From NCBI GenBank assembly GCA_964511185.1, contig CAZEDU010000001.1, positions 1,741-65,740 of the forward strand: a stretch of DNA of 64,000 bases, in the 5' to 3' direction. Origin of the DNA: an uncultured Myxococcaceae bacterium (GTDB taxonomy: Bacteria; Myxococcota; Myxococcia; Myxococcales; Myxococcaceae). The notes under the pieces were generated by a model. The model did no database searches. It saw nothing but the letters and a program-made list of their open reading frames with translations, and was not told the origin of the DNA. This document shows, piece after piece, positions 56,227 through 64,000 of the stretch (positions are counted from its first letter, which is position 1; each line of letters begins with the position of its first letter). The position numbers were made by a program, and so were the translations under genes.

Positions 56227-59200
56227 GTGAACGTCGAGCCCCCGCGCACTTCCGAGCCACCCCCGCCCCTGCCCGTCGCGCCGCCCGATGCCAACCCGCC
56301 GCCCCCGGAGCGGCGTCCGCACGCACAGCTCATCGCGGCGTTCCAGGCGCAGCAGCGCCGGCAGCTCTGGGTCGAAGGCGCGCTCTACGGGCTCGCGGCC
56401 GCGCTGGTCCTCTTGGTCGCCGCCGGGTTCTTCGGGCAGCCGTTCCCTTGGCTGGGGCGTTGGCTGCTGCTCCTCGCGCCGGTCATCGCCGCGGCGGTCG
56501 CGGTCGCGCTCGGCGTCGTGCTCGCCGTCTCCCGCGTGGGGGACGAGCTCAAGGCCGCGCGCCTGCTCGGCGAGCGGCTCCCTTCGCTTCAGCTCGACGT
56601 GCTCGCCGCGGTGGAGCTCCTGCGCGAGGCGAAAGCCGGGCAACACTCCGAAGCGCTCGCCGCGGCCTTCGTGCAGCAGATCGACGAGCGGGCGAAGGGC
56701 GTCCGCGCCCAATCCGCGCTGGACGCTCGGCGGACCCGCCGGGCCGGGGCCGCGTTGGGGGCCGTGCTCCTGGTGAGCCTGGCCGTGGTCGGGGCGCTGC
56801 GCGTGCGGTGGTGGTCGGGCCTGGTGCACGCCACGCAGAGCGGCGCGCAGCTGGCGGGCCCGGTTCGGCTGGAGCCCGTCACCGGCGACATCGAGATCAC
56901 CTACCGGTACCCGGCGTACACCGGGCTTGCGCCCCGCACGCTCCCGGTGAGCACGGGCGAGGTGACCGCGCCCAAGGGCACTGAGGTGGCGCTGAAGACC
57001 CGGGCCGACCGCGACGTGACGAGAGCGGAGCTGGTGTTGGGCGACGAGCGCGTCCCGCTGCAGCTCGAGGGCACGCGCGACCTGAGCGGCACGTTCGTGC
57101 TCAAGCAGTCCGGCTCGTACCATTTCGAGCTCTTCCGCAAGAACAACCTCATCGCGCGCGGGCCCGAGGTGCCGGTGAACGCCGAGGCCGACACGCCGCC
57201 TCAGGTCCGGCTCACCTCCCCCGCCGAGGAGCTGGAGATCGACGAGGGCGCGAAGGTGACGCTCAAGTACGAGGCGTCGGATGACTACGGCCTCACCTCG
57301 CTGGAGCTGGTGTACCGGCTGCCGGGCAGCGCCGAGGCGCAGCGGGTGAAGCTCCGCCACGACGAAGGCCGCCGGTCCAAGGGCCAGTACGTCTGGGACC
57401 TGGCGGGCGTGAAGCTCAAGCCCGGGCAACGCGTGACGTACCACGTCGAAGCGCAAGACAACGACGAGGTGGAGGGCAAGAAGAAGGGCGTCTCGCGCAC
57501 GCAGGTCTTGAAGCTCTACAGCGCCGCCGAGCACCGCCGGGCCGCGGTCGAGCGGGTGCAGAAGCTGTGGGACCGCATGGTGACCCACCTGGCCGACCGC
57601 CTGGAGAGCAACGACCGCGCGAAGGAGAAGACCGCGGAGCTGGTGGCGCCCGGCCAGACGACCGACCAGTCCGGCACGCAGCTCGCCGCGGACCTGGTGG
57701 CCGCCGCGCGGGAGCTGGCGAAGGAGCGCGACGCGCCCCGCGAGCTGATCGGCGCGCTGGTGAACATCAGCGACTCGTTCCAGCGGCACGTGCTCTCCAC
57801 CGCCGACGCGCGCCGCACGTTCTTGCGCTACCAGCGCATGCAGAGCGACCTGGACATGGGGCGGCGGCTCACCGCGGTGGTCAGCGCGGAGATCTCCGAG
57901 GTCGAGAAGGACATCCTCTACCTGGAGTCGTTGCTCGACCGGCAGAAGCTGCTCGACTTGCAGGAGCTGGGGCGACAGCTGCAGGCCGACCGCCGCGAGC
58001 TGGCCTCGCTGCTCGAGCAGTTCCGCCAGACGAAGGACGAGGCGCTCCAGGACAACATCTTGCGCGAGGTGCAGGCGCTCCGAGAGCGCATGAACGAGCT
58101 GATGCGCCGCATGTCCGAGCTGGCCAAGGGCATCCGCGACGAGCACCTGAACCAAGAGGCGCTCCGGGAGCTGATGGAGGAGCGCGACTTCGCCTCCGCG
58201 CTCGACGAGGTCGAGAAGCTGGTGCGCGAAGGCAAGGCCGACGAGGCCTTGATGAAGCTGCAGCAGATGGCGATGGAGATGGACGAGATGGTCGAGAGCC
58301 TCGCGCAGGCCGAAGAGGGCATGGGCGACGAGGAGTACCGCGCGCTCGCCGAAAAGTTTCAGGAGTTCATGGACGATCTCGGCAAGACCACCGAGGCGCA
58401 GAAGCGGGTGAGCGACGAGACCAAGGCGCTGCGGGACCGCTACAAGCAGCAGATGCAGCAGCGGCTCAAGCAGCGCGGGCAGCAGCTCAAGGACGAGCTG
58501 CTCCGGAAGACCGAGCAGGCGACGAAGAGCTACCAGTCGCTCGAGCCGGACCAGCTGAGCATGCGTGCCGACCGTCCGCTGGAGGAGGTGCGCGCCGAGC
58601 TCGACAATCTGAAGAACGCGCTCAAGGTGGACGACTTCGACCTGGCGGCGGAGGCGGCGGCGCGGGCCGAGCGCGCCTCGCAGGAGCTCGCTGGCTACGC
58701 CGAGCTCGAGCGGCAGCGCGACGAGGCGTTCAAGAACCCCGAAGACGTCCGCCGGCGCTCCCGGGAGACGGCGGAGCGGCTGCGGCAGGACTCCGCGAAG
58801 GTCTCCGACATCAACCAGAAGCTGCAGCAGCTGTTCCCGCAGCCTGGCTCGATGCTCTCCGAGGCGGACAAGCAGCGGCTGCGCTCGCTCTCGCAGGAGC
58901 AGCGCCAGCTCGAGAAGCAGGCCGACGGGCTGCGCCGCAAGATGGAGGAGATGTCGCAGATGGCGCCGGTGTTCGGCCAAGAGGCCGAAGAGCAGATGGG
59001 GCAGATCGGCGAGCACATGGGCGGCGCGGCGCAGCGCATGGAGATGCGCGACGTGAGCCGCGGCTACGGTGAGCAGAAGGCCGCGCTCGAGCAGCTGCAG
59101 CAGTTCGAAAAGCAGATGAAGGAGAGCAGCCAGCGCAGCGGCAAGGGCAAAGGCATGCCGCTGCCGATGTTCTCCAGCCGCCGGCCCGGGCTCGACGGCC

Positions 59201-59349
59201 GCACGCAGGACAAGGTCGAAATCCCCGACGAGGAGCAGTTCCAGGCGCCCAAGGAGTTCCGCAAGGACCTGCTCGACGCGATGAAGCAGGGCGCGCCCGA
59301 CAAGTACAAGGAGCAGGTCAAGCGCTACTACGAGGAGCTGGTGAAATGA
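56227..59349 (+). CDS. DUF4175-like giant membrane-anchored coiled-coil protein
   Basis: GTG start, a Pro-rich N-terminus, several TM helices and Ig-like repeats (ITYRYPAYTG, LKYEASDDYGL). A coiled coil of about 500 aa rich in Glu/Lys/Gln/Arg ends in KEFRKDLLDAMKQGAPDKYKEQVKRYYEELVK. Confidence 0.75.
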   Translation: MNVEPPRTSEPPPPLPVAPPDANPPPPERRPHAQLIAAFQAQQRRQLWVEGALYGLAAALVLLVAAGFFGQPFPWLGRWLLLLAPVIAAAVAVALGVVLAVSRVGDELKAARLLGERLPSLQLDVLAAVELLREAKAGQHSEALAAAFVQQIDERAKGVRAQSALDARRTRRAGAALGAVLLVSLAVVGALRVRWWSGLVHATQSGAQLAGPVRLEPVTGDIEITYRYPAYTGLAPRTLPVSTGEVTAPKGTEVALKTRADRDVTRAELVLGDERVPLQLEGTRDLSGTFVLKQSGSYHFELFRKNNLIARGPEVPVNAEADTPPQVRLTSPAEELEIDEGAKVTLKYEASDDYGLTSLELVYRLPGSAEAQRVKLRHDEGRRSKGQYVWDLAGVKLKPGQRVTYHVEAQDNDEVEGKKKGVSRTQVLKLYSAAEHRRAAVERVQKLWDRMVTHLADRLESNDRAKEKTAELVAPGQTTDQSGTQLAADLVAAARELAKERDAPRELIGALVNISDSFQRHVLSTADARRTFLRYQRMQSDLDMGRRLTAVVSAEISEVEKDILYLESLLDRQKLLDLQELGRQLQADRRELASLLEQFRQTKDEALQDNILREVQALRERMNELMRRMSELAKGIRDEHLNQEALRELMEERDFASALDEVEKLVREGKADEALMKLQQMAMEMDEMVESLAQAEEGMGDEEYRALAEKFQEFMDDLGKTTEAQKRVSDETKALRDRYKQQMQQRLKQRGQQLKDELLRKTEQATKSYQSLEPDQLSMRADRPLEEVRAELDNLKNALKVDDFDLAAEAAARAERASQELAGYAELERQRDEAFKNPEDVRRRSRETAERLRQDSAKVSDINQKLQQLFPQPGSMLSEADKQRLRSLSQEQRQLEKQADGLRRKMEEMSQMAPVFGQEAEEQMGQIGEHMGGAAQRMEMRDVSRGYGEQKAALEQLQQFEKQMKESSQRSGKGKGMPLPMFSSRRPGLDGRTQDKVEIPDEEQFQAPKEFRKDLLDAMKQGAPDKYKEQVKRYYEELVK

Positions 59350-61094
59350 CCCGCACCGCGCCGCGCGTCGCCTTGGGCCTGCTCGCGCTGCTCGCGGTGG
59401 TGCCCGCGCGCGCCCAGACGCTCAAGGCCGAGGCGAAGGCGCAGCTGCAGAACATCGAACAGCTGCTCGAGGACTGGGACGTCGCGGGGGCGAAGGAAGA
59501 GCTCGAGGCGCTGCGGAAGCTGGTGCCGGAAGACGTCGAGCCGCTGCACTACTACGCCGGCCGGGTGGCGTTCGAGGAGGGCCGCTACGCCGAGGCGGTC
59601 GAGCACCTCTCCCGCGCCGGGCTGTCGGACAAGCCGGGCTCGTACCTGCGGCTCGCGAAGGACACGCTGCGGGTGACCGAGGGGCACCAGCGCGTGGAGA
59701 GCGAGAACTTCATCTTCCTCTACCCGCCGGGGAAGGACGAGGTGCTCGCGCCCTACGCGCTGGAGACGCTCGAGCACATCCGCCGCGCGCTGCTCGAGGA
59801 CCTGGGCCACGCGCCGGCGGGGAAGGTCCGCGTCGAGGTGGTGAACGACGCCACCGAGCTGTCGAAGCTGTCGACGTTGACCAAGGAGCAGATCAAGACC
59901 ACCGGCACCATCGCCATCTGCAAGTTCAACAAGCTGATGGTGACCAGCCCCAAGGCGGTGGTGCGCGGCTACGACTGGCAAGACACGCTGGCGCACGAGT
60001 ACGTGCACCTGGTCGTCTCGCAGAAGAGCCGCAACACGGTGCCCATCTGGCTGCACGAGGGGCTCGCCAAGTTCCTCGAGTCGCGGTGGCGCGGCCAGCC
60101 GGGCCTGGCGATGTCGCCGTCGACGCTCGCGCTGCTCGGCGACCGGGTGAAGCGCGACAAGCTGATCCCCTTCGAGAAGATGCACCCGTCGATCGCGCTT
60201 TTGCCGACCGCGGAGGACGCGGCGACCGCCTTCGCCGAGGTCTTCTTCGCCATCGACCTGATTCACCGCGAGAAGGGCACGCAGGCCTTCCGCGACATCA
60301 TCCGCGAGCTGTCCTCGGGGAAGACCGACAAGCGCGCGGTCGAGACGGCCTACGGCAAGCCCTTCGCCGCGTTCGAGCGCTCGTGGCTCGCGCACGTGAA
60401 GAAGCAGCCCTTCCCCAAGGACGTCCTTCCTCCCTCGACCGACGAGCGCAAGGAGCTCAAGGACGAGCGCGCGAAGGGCAAGGACCCGGGCAAGAAGGGC
60501 CGCGAGATTTCGTTCGGCGACTTCGACGAGGTGCGAGAGCCCGACGGGCGCCGGTTCGCGCACTTAGGCGAGCTGCTGCGCGAGCGGAACCGCATCCGCG
60601 CCGCGGCCGAGGAGTACGGCAAGGCGCACAAGGTGGTGGGCGACAAGTACGAGTCCATCTCCAACAAGTACGCGCTCGCGCTGCTCGAGCTGGGCCGGCT
60701 GGAGGAGGCGGAGAAGGTGTTGAAGGGCTCGCTCACGGTGCACCCCGGCTCGGCGCCGACACACGTGAAGCTCGGGCGCATTCACCTGCGCCGGCAAGAG
60801 TGGAGGGCGGCGCTCGACGCGTACCTGGCCGCGCTCGCCGCCAACCCGTTCGACGAGGAGATTCACGTCGCGCTCTACCGCGTGCACGAGGCGCTCGGGC
60901 AGCAGGCGCTGCGCGAGCGGGCGCGCAAGGCGGTGACGCTGCTCACCGGGGTGAAGCCCGACCTGGTGCCGCAGCTGGCCCGGGCGCTCGCCAAGGAAGG
61001 CGAGAACTTGGCCAACGTCGACCTGCCGACCGCGCCCGAGGCGCCCGCAAGCGGCGACGCCGGCGCGCGCGCAGAGCCCGCCCGCACCCGGTGA
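59346..61094 (+). CDS. Secreted MA-clan-like metallopeptidase domain fused to TPR repeats
   Basis: Signal peptide, then HEYVHLV (HExxH) with downstream WLHEGLAKFLE, and TPR-like repeats at both ends. The ATG overlaps the DUF4175 stop (ATGA). Confidence 0.75.
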   Translation: MTRTAPRVALGLLALLAVVPARAQTLKAEAKAQLQNIEQLLEDWDVAGAKEELEALRKLVPEDVEPLHYYAGRVAFEEGRYAEAVEHLSRAGLSDKPGSYLRLAKDTLRVTEGHQRVESENFIFLYPPGKDEVLAPYALETLEHIRRALLEDLGHAPAGKVRVEVVNDATELSKLSTLTKEQIKTTGTIAICKFNKLMVTSPKAVVRGYDWQDTLAHEYVHLVVSQKSRNTVPIWLHEGLAKFLESRWRGQPGLAMSPSTLALLGDRVKRDKLIPFEKMHPSIALLPTAEDAATAFAEVFFAIDLIHREKGTQAFRDIIRELSSGKTDKRAVETAYGKPFAAFERSWLAHVKKQPFPKDVLPPSTDERKELKDERAKGKDPGKKGREISFGDFDEVREPDGRRFAHLGELLRERNRIRAAAEEYGKAHKVVGDKYESISNKYALALLELGRLEEAEKVLKGSLTVHPGSAPTHVKLGRIHLRRQEWRAALDAYLAALAANPFDEEIHVALYRVHEALGQQALRERARKAVTLLTGVKPDLVPQLARALAKEGENLANVDLPTAPEAPASGDAGARAEPARTR

Positions 61095-61098
61095 AGAC

Positions 61099-61126
61099 GG
61101 GGACCGTCCCCGAAGGGGACTGCCCC
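61099..61126 (+). terminator. Third copy of the twin GGGGACNGTCCCC hairpin, 5 nt after the stop codon
   Basis: GGGGACCGTCCCC-GAA-GGGGACTGCCCC; no U-tract. Confidence 0.4.
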
Positions 61127-61286
61127 GGCGGTTCCAGGCCCTGAAGCCAGCACACGCCTCGCGACACCCCGCAGTCCGCCATTCGACACCGTGTCGCCCT
61201 CGGGTTCCGTGTTGGCGCGCGCGCGTTTGCGACCCAAGTTGATCAGCCCGTACAAGGCGCCCCGCTTTCACCCGAGGTTTCGCCGT

Positions 61287-61688
61287 ATGTCGTTCCGCGC
61301 ATTCGTTGTCGCGTCCCTCTTCTTCCTCGCCGGCTGCGCCGCGGGCCGCGACGCGCAAGGCCCTCGCCGCTCCACCACGGACACGCCCGGCGCGCTCGAG
61401 TCCCTGCACTGCGAGAGCGACGCGAAGGCGCTGGCCACGCCGGTCTCGTACCGCGACGAGCTGGCGTGCGGAGACATCCTCGCCTTGAGCGGCGACCCTT
61501 CGGGCGCGGTGGCGCGGTGGAAGCGCGCGTTCGAGCGGGCCACCAGCACCGACCAGCGCTGCGAGGCGCTCGACCGAATTCGCACCGACGGCCGCTACCT
61601 GGTGTCGGCGAACAGCGAGTTCCGCAACCAGTGTCGCGAGCGCATCGAGAAGGCGAGCGCGGCGATGCCGGCGCGCGCCGCCGAGTAA
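61287..61688 (+). CDS. Lipoprotein of unknown function
   Basis: MSFRAFVVASLFFLAGC lipobox; 133 aa. Confidence 0.55.
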   Translation: MSFRAFVVASLFFLAGCAAGRDAQGPRRSTTDTPGALESLHCESDAKALATPVSYRDELACGDILALSGDPSGAVARWKRAFERATSTDQRCEALDRIRTDGRYLVSANSEFRNQCRERIEKASAAMPARAAE

Positions 61689-61693
61689 CGCCT

Positions 61694-62635
61694 TCAGGCC
61701 CGCGCGGCCGGCCCGCGCTGCACCTGCTGAATCGCCTGCAGGAGCCGCCGCAGGTCCACCGGCGCGGTGATGTAGCTGCGCGCCCCCATCGCGCGCGCCT
61801 TCTCCACGTCCGCCTCGGGGTTCTTGCCGGCCACCACCAGCGAGGCGTTGCACCGGACGCCGGCCTTGATCAGCGCCTCCGCCGACGGCAGCGGCATCAC
61901 CGCCACGTCCTTCGCGCGCGCGCCGACCAGCTTGTCGTGCGCCACGACTTGGGCGGCGACGTTCTGCGCCTGCAGCGCCTGCGCCATCGCCTGACCCACC
62001 CCTTCGGGCCAGCCATAGAGGAAGACCGAGCCGTTCGCGTCGCTCGCCGGTTGCGGCGCGGTGGCTGGCGGGTTCGGGGCCTGCGTGCGCAGCGACTCGG
62101 GGTCGAACTCCTGCTCGTCGGCCTTGAGGCCCGCACCGGTGCCGATGGGGGAAGCGGCCGCCTGCAGCTCGACGTTCTCGCCCGAATACACCCAGCGAAT
62201 CGCCCGCTCGATGGCCTCGTCCCACGCCAGAATCGGCTCGACGCGCGACTTCTTCGAGACCGCGCGCACCGCGTCGAGCGCGCTCAAGTCGGCGGGCGCG
62301 GCGATCGCGACGACCAGCGTCTCCTGGCGCGCGCCCTCCAGCCGCAGGGGAACCACCCGGTGCTGCTCGGCGACGCGCTGGCTGATCAGCACACCCAGGT
62401 CGGGGTCGAGCGGGACCTGATCCAGATCAATCCACGGCAGCCCGGTCTGCTTCGCGAGGGCCTCCAGCACCTGCTCGGGGCGCACGAAGCCCTTCTCCAC
62501 GAGCGCGCGGCCGAGCGGCATGCCCCATTGTTGGTGGTGAGCGATGGCGGACTGCAGCTGCAGCTCGTCGATGAGCTTGAGCTGCTTGAGAATCTCACCG
62601 AGCTTGAGCTTCTTCAGCGCGACCACCCCCCCCAA
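61694..62635 (-). CDS. MshEN (T2SSE_N)-domain protein fused to a degenerate receiver-like domain
   Basis: The N-terminus is KLGEILKQLKLIDELQLQSAIAHH-QQWGM-PLGRALVEKGFVRPEQVLEALAKQ followed by a GspE-N fold. The C-terminal CheY-like pattern lacks the acidic pair and the conserved Lys (YITAPV). Confidence 0.75.
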   Translation of the reverse strand: MGGVVALKKLKLGEILKQLKLIDELQLQSAIAHHQQWGMPLGRALVEKGFVRPEQVLEALAKQTGLPWIDLDQVPLDPDLGVLISQRVAEQHRVVPLRLEGARQETLVVAIAAPADLSALDAVRAVSKKSRVEPILAWDEAIERAIRWVYSGENVELQAAASPIGTGAGLKADEQEFDPESLRTQAPNPPATAPQPASDANGSVFLYGWPEGVGQAMAQALQAQNVAAQVVAHDKLVGARAKDVAVMPLPSAEALIKAGVRCNASLVVAGKNPEADVEKARAMGARSYITAPVDLRRLLQAIQQVQRGPAARA

Positions 62636-62749
62636 TGAACGGCTCGTGCTGCCTCACATTCTCGATCAACTTCGCTGGCCAGCGACAATGCCGTCCGTCT
62701 TTTCGCCGCGGAAGGTCGGGACCCTCCGCACCCGACCGCACCTTTCCGC

Positions 62750-64000
62750 TCAGCGCACGAGGTCGTGCTGGTACGACAGCCGCAACGTCAGCTCGCGGTC
62801 GAGGCCCGGCAGCGGCCGGTGTCCTCCGTCGTAAGGCTGGAGGAAGTCGTACCGCGCGCCGAGCAGGTTGTGTAGGCCGCCGGCGAGCTCGAGCCCCTGA
62901 GCGCCGAACAGGTCGGTCTGCCGGACGAACAGGTCGAGCAGCACGGTGTCCCCGCTGCCCACCACCAGCGGATTCCCCGCCGCGTCGACGCCGCGCCAGC
63001 CGTAGCGGCTCGAGAGCCAGAGGAGCGACGGCGTCACCCACAGCCCGCGGAGCACACGAACGCTTCCGCTCGCGGCGACCTTGTGGAGCGGAAAGCCCAA
63101 GAGCAGCGCGCCGCGCGACGGCACCCGGTACGAATCGACCTGGTTCTTCCCGGCGGTGGTCGCGAACGAGTAGCTCGCCTTCAGCCAACCTCGGGCGTGC
63201 TGGACGCGGTACTCGAGCTCGAGCCCGCGTGAGCCGGTGCGCGGGAAGTTCGCGTAGCCCTCGGTGTCGGTCGCCGCGTCGTAGCCGTAGACGATGGGGC
63301 GGCGCACGGTGATGTCGAAGCCGTTGAGCGCCAGGTACATCGCGTCGGTCAGCTGGTAGCCCGCCTCGCCTTCGAACACCCGGGTGCGCTCGGGCAGCAC
63401 GTCGAGCCCCAGCGAGGCGTTCTCGATGCCCGGCGTGCGGAACGCGTCTGCGAAGAGCAGCTTGAAGTGAAAGCGGCCGAACGTCTTCGTCACGCCGGCG
63501 CGCGGCACGAAGGAAGGGCCGAACTCGCTGTGGAGCTCGTAGCGCACGCCGCCGGTCAGGTTCAGCCACGGCGTGTCCCAGAGCACCTGCGTGAACGCCG
63601 CCAGGTTCCGGTGTTGCAGCGACGCCTCGCTGCCGAAGAAGAACGACTGCGAGCCGGTCTCGAGCAGCTGGTTGAGCCGCGCGTCGTCGACGTAGCCTTC
63701 CAGCCCGACCAGCGCGTTGAGCGCGTCGGTCACGTCGTAGGAGAAGGTGGCGCCGAGCAGGTAGTGGTCGACGGTCTTGTCGTAGAAGAGATCCGACGCG
63801 GAATCCGTGACGCGCCAGGGCTGCTGCCGCTTCCACTGAAAGCGCGGAGCGAGCACTGCGTCGCCCAGCGCCCAGTCGTAGCGCAGCTCGGCGAAGGTGG
63901 AGCGGAAGGCCACCACGTCCGCCCGGGGCAGCACGTCGCCGTAGCCGTCGCGCGTCTCCACCTCGTGGTCGTGGTGCACGAAGCGCAGGCGCGCGCCGCG
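62750..64000 (-). CDS. TonB-dependent receptor, C-terminal beta-barrel part (5' end lies beyond the window)
   Basis: Alternating beta-strand pattern with a C-terminus ...LTLRLSYQHDLVR. The frame stays open to the window edge upstream of the GTG at 63979. Confidence 0.8.
   Translation of the reverse strand, partial: RGARLRFVHHDHEVETRDGYGDVLPRADVVAFRSTFAELRYDWALGDAVLAPRFQWKRQQPWRVTDSASDLFYDKTVDHYLLGATFSYDVTDALNALVGLEGYVDDARLNQLLETGSQSFFFGSEASLQHRNLAAFTQVLWDTPWLNLTGGVRYELHSEFGPSFVPRAGVTKTFGRFHFKLLFADAFRTPGIENASLGLDVLPERTRVFEGEAGYQLTDAMYLALNGFDITVRRPIVYGYDAATDTEGYANFPRTGSRGLELEYRVQHARGWLKASYSFATTAGKNQVDSYRVPSRGALLLGFPLHKVAASGSVRVLRGLWVTPSLLWLSSRYGWRGVDAAGNPLVVGSGDTVLLDLFVRQTDLFGAQGLELAGGLHNLLGARYDFLQPYDGGHRPLPGLDRELTLRLSYQHDLVR

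Noticed and set aside
56176-59016. 946-aa minus-strand ORF
   Set aside because: It is antisense to the DUF4175 gene. The Leu/Arg/Glu/Gln repeat composition simply mirrors the coiled-coil codons on the other strand.

Overview
This is a very GC-rich, gene-dense chromosomal segment with about 60 protein genes. I recognise no rRNA, tRNA, CRISPR array, transposase or integrase. The gene repertoire suggests a myxobacterium-like organism (Myxococcota); that is inference only. It includes alternative complex III plus a caa3 oxidase, Hanks kinases, FHA and PilZ proteins, a DUF1552/DUF1592 pair and many Cys-rich lipoproteins.

Gene order:
- 1-7193 (+): actC(partial)-D-E-F, a small membrane ORF, sco1 and coxB-A-C-IV, forming one translationally coupled string.
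- 7.5-15.6 kb: manB, a DUF1552/DUF1592 pair, an S9 peptidase and manC.
- 15.8-17.2 kb: a frameshifted secreted CBM-like protein.
- 17.2-21.7 kb (-): Nudix and uppP, an orphan intrinsic terminator, two PilZ genes, an unknown ORF and metK.
- 21.9-27.2 kb (+): a five-gene envelope operon of MlaC-like protein, SIS enzyme, lipoprotein, MMPL/RND exporter and lipoprotein.
- 27.3-30.9 kb (-): PQQ sugar dehydrogenase, a Cys-rich lipoprotein, a Rieske oxygenase and a STAS-like protein.
- 31.0-37.4 kb (-): hprK-rapZ-EIIA-IIB-IIC-IID(Man)-ptsH-ptsI.
- 37.4-42.1 kb: a GT22-like mannosyltransferase, HIT, a long palindrome, an EEP nuclease/phosphatase and cstA.
- 43.0-53.7 kb (-): a cobalamin riboswitch followed by TonB-dependent receptor, beta-propeller lipoprotein, BtuF-like, BtuC-like, FHA-GAF-cyclase, Ser/Thr kinase, BtuD-like ATPase and TonB.
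- 53.9-64 kb: a sigma-54-like promoter, a small ORF with comEA, a methyltransferase, DUF502, a DUF4175 giant coupled to an MA-peptidase/TPR protein, a lipoprotein, an MshEN/pseudo-receiver protein and a partial TonB-dependent receptor.

The strongest candidate for something undescribed is the kinase plus FHA-GAF-cyclase pair embedded, with overlapping start/stop codons, inside the riboswitch-controlled B12 uptake operon.

All calls come from reading the supplied translations and the DNA by eye. No database search or folding program was run, and start codons were chosen by overlap and signal-peptide logic.
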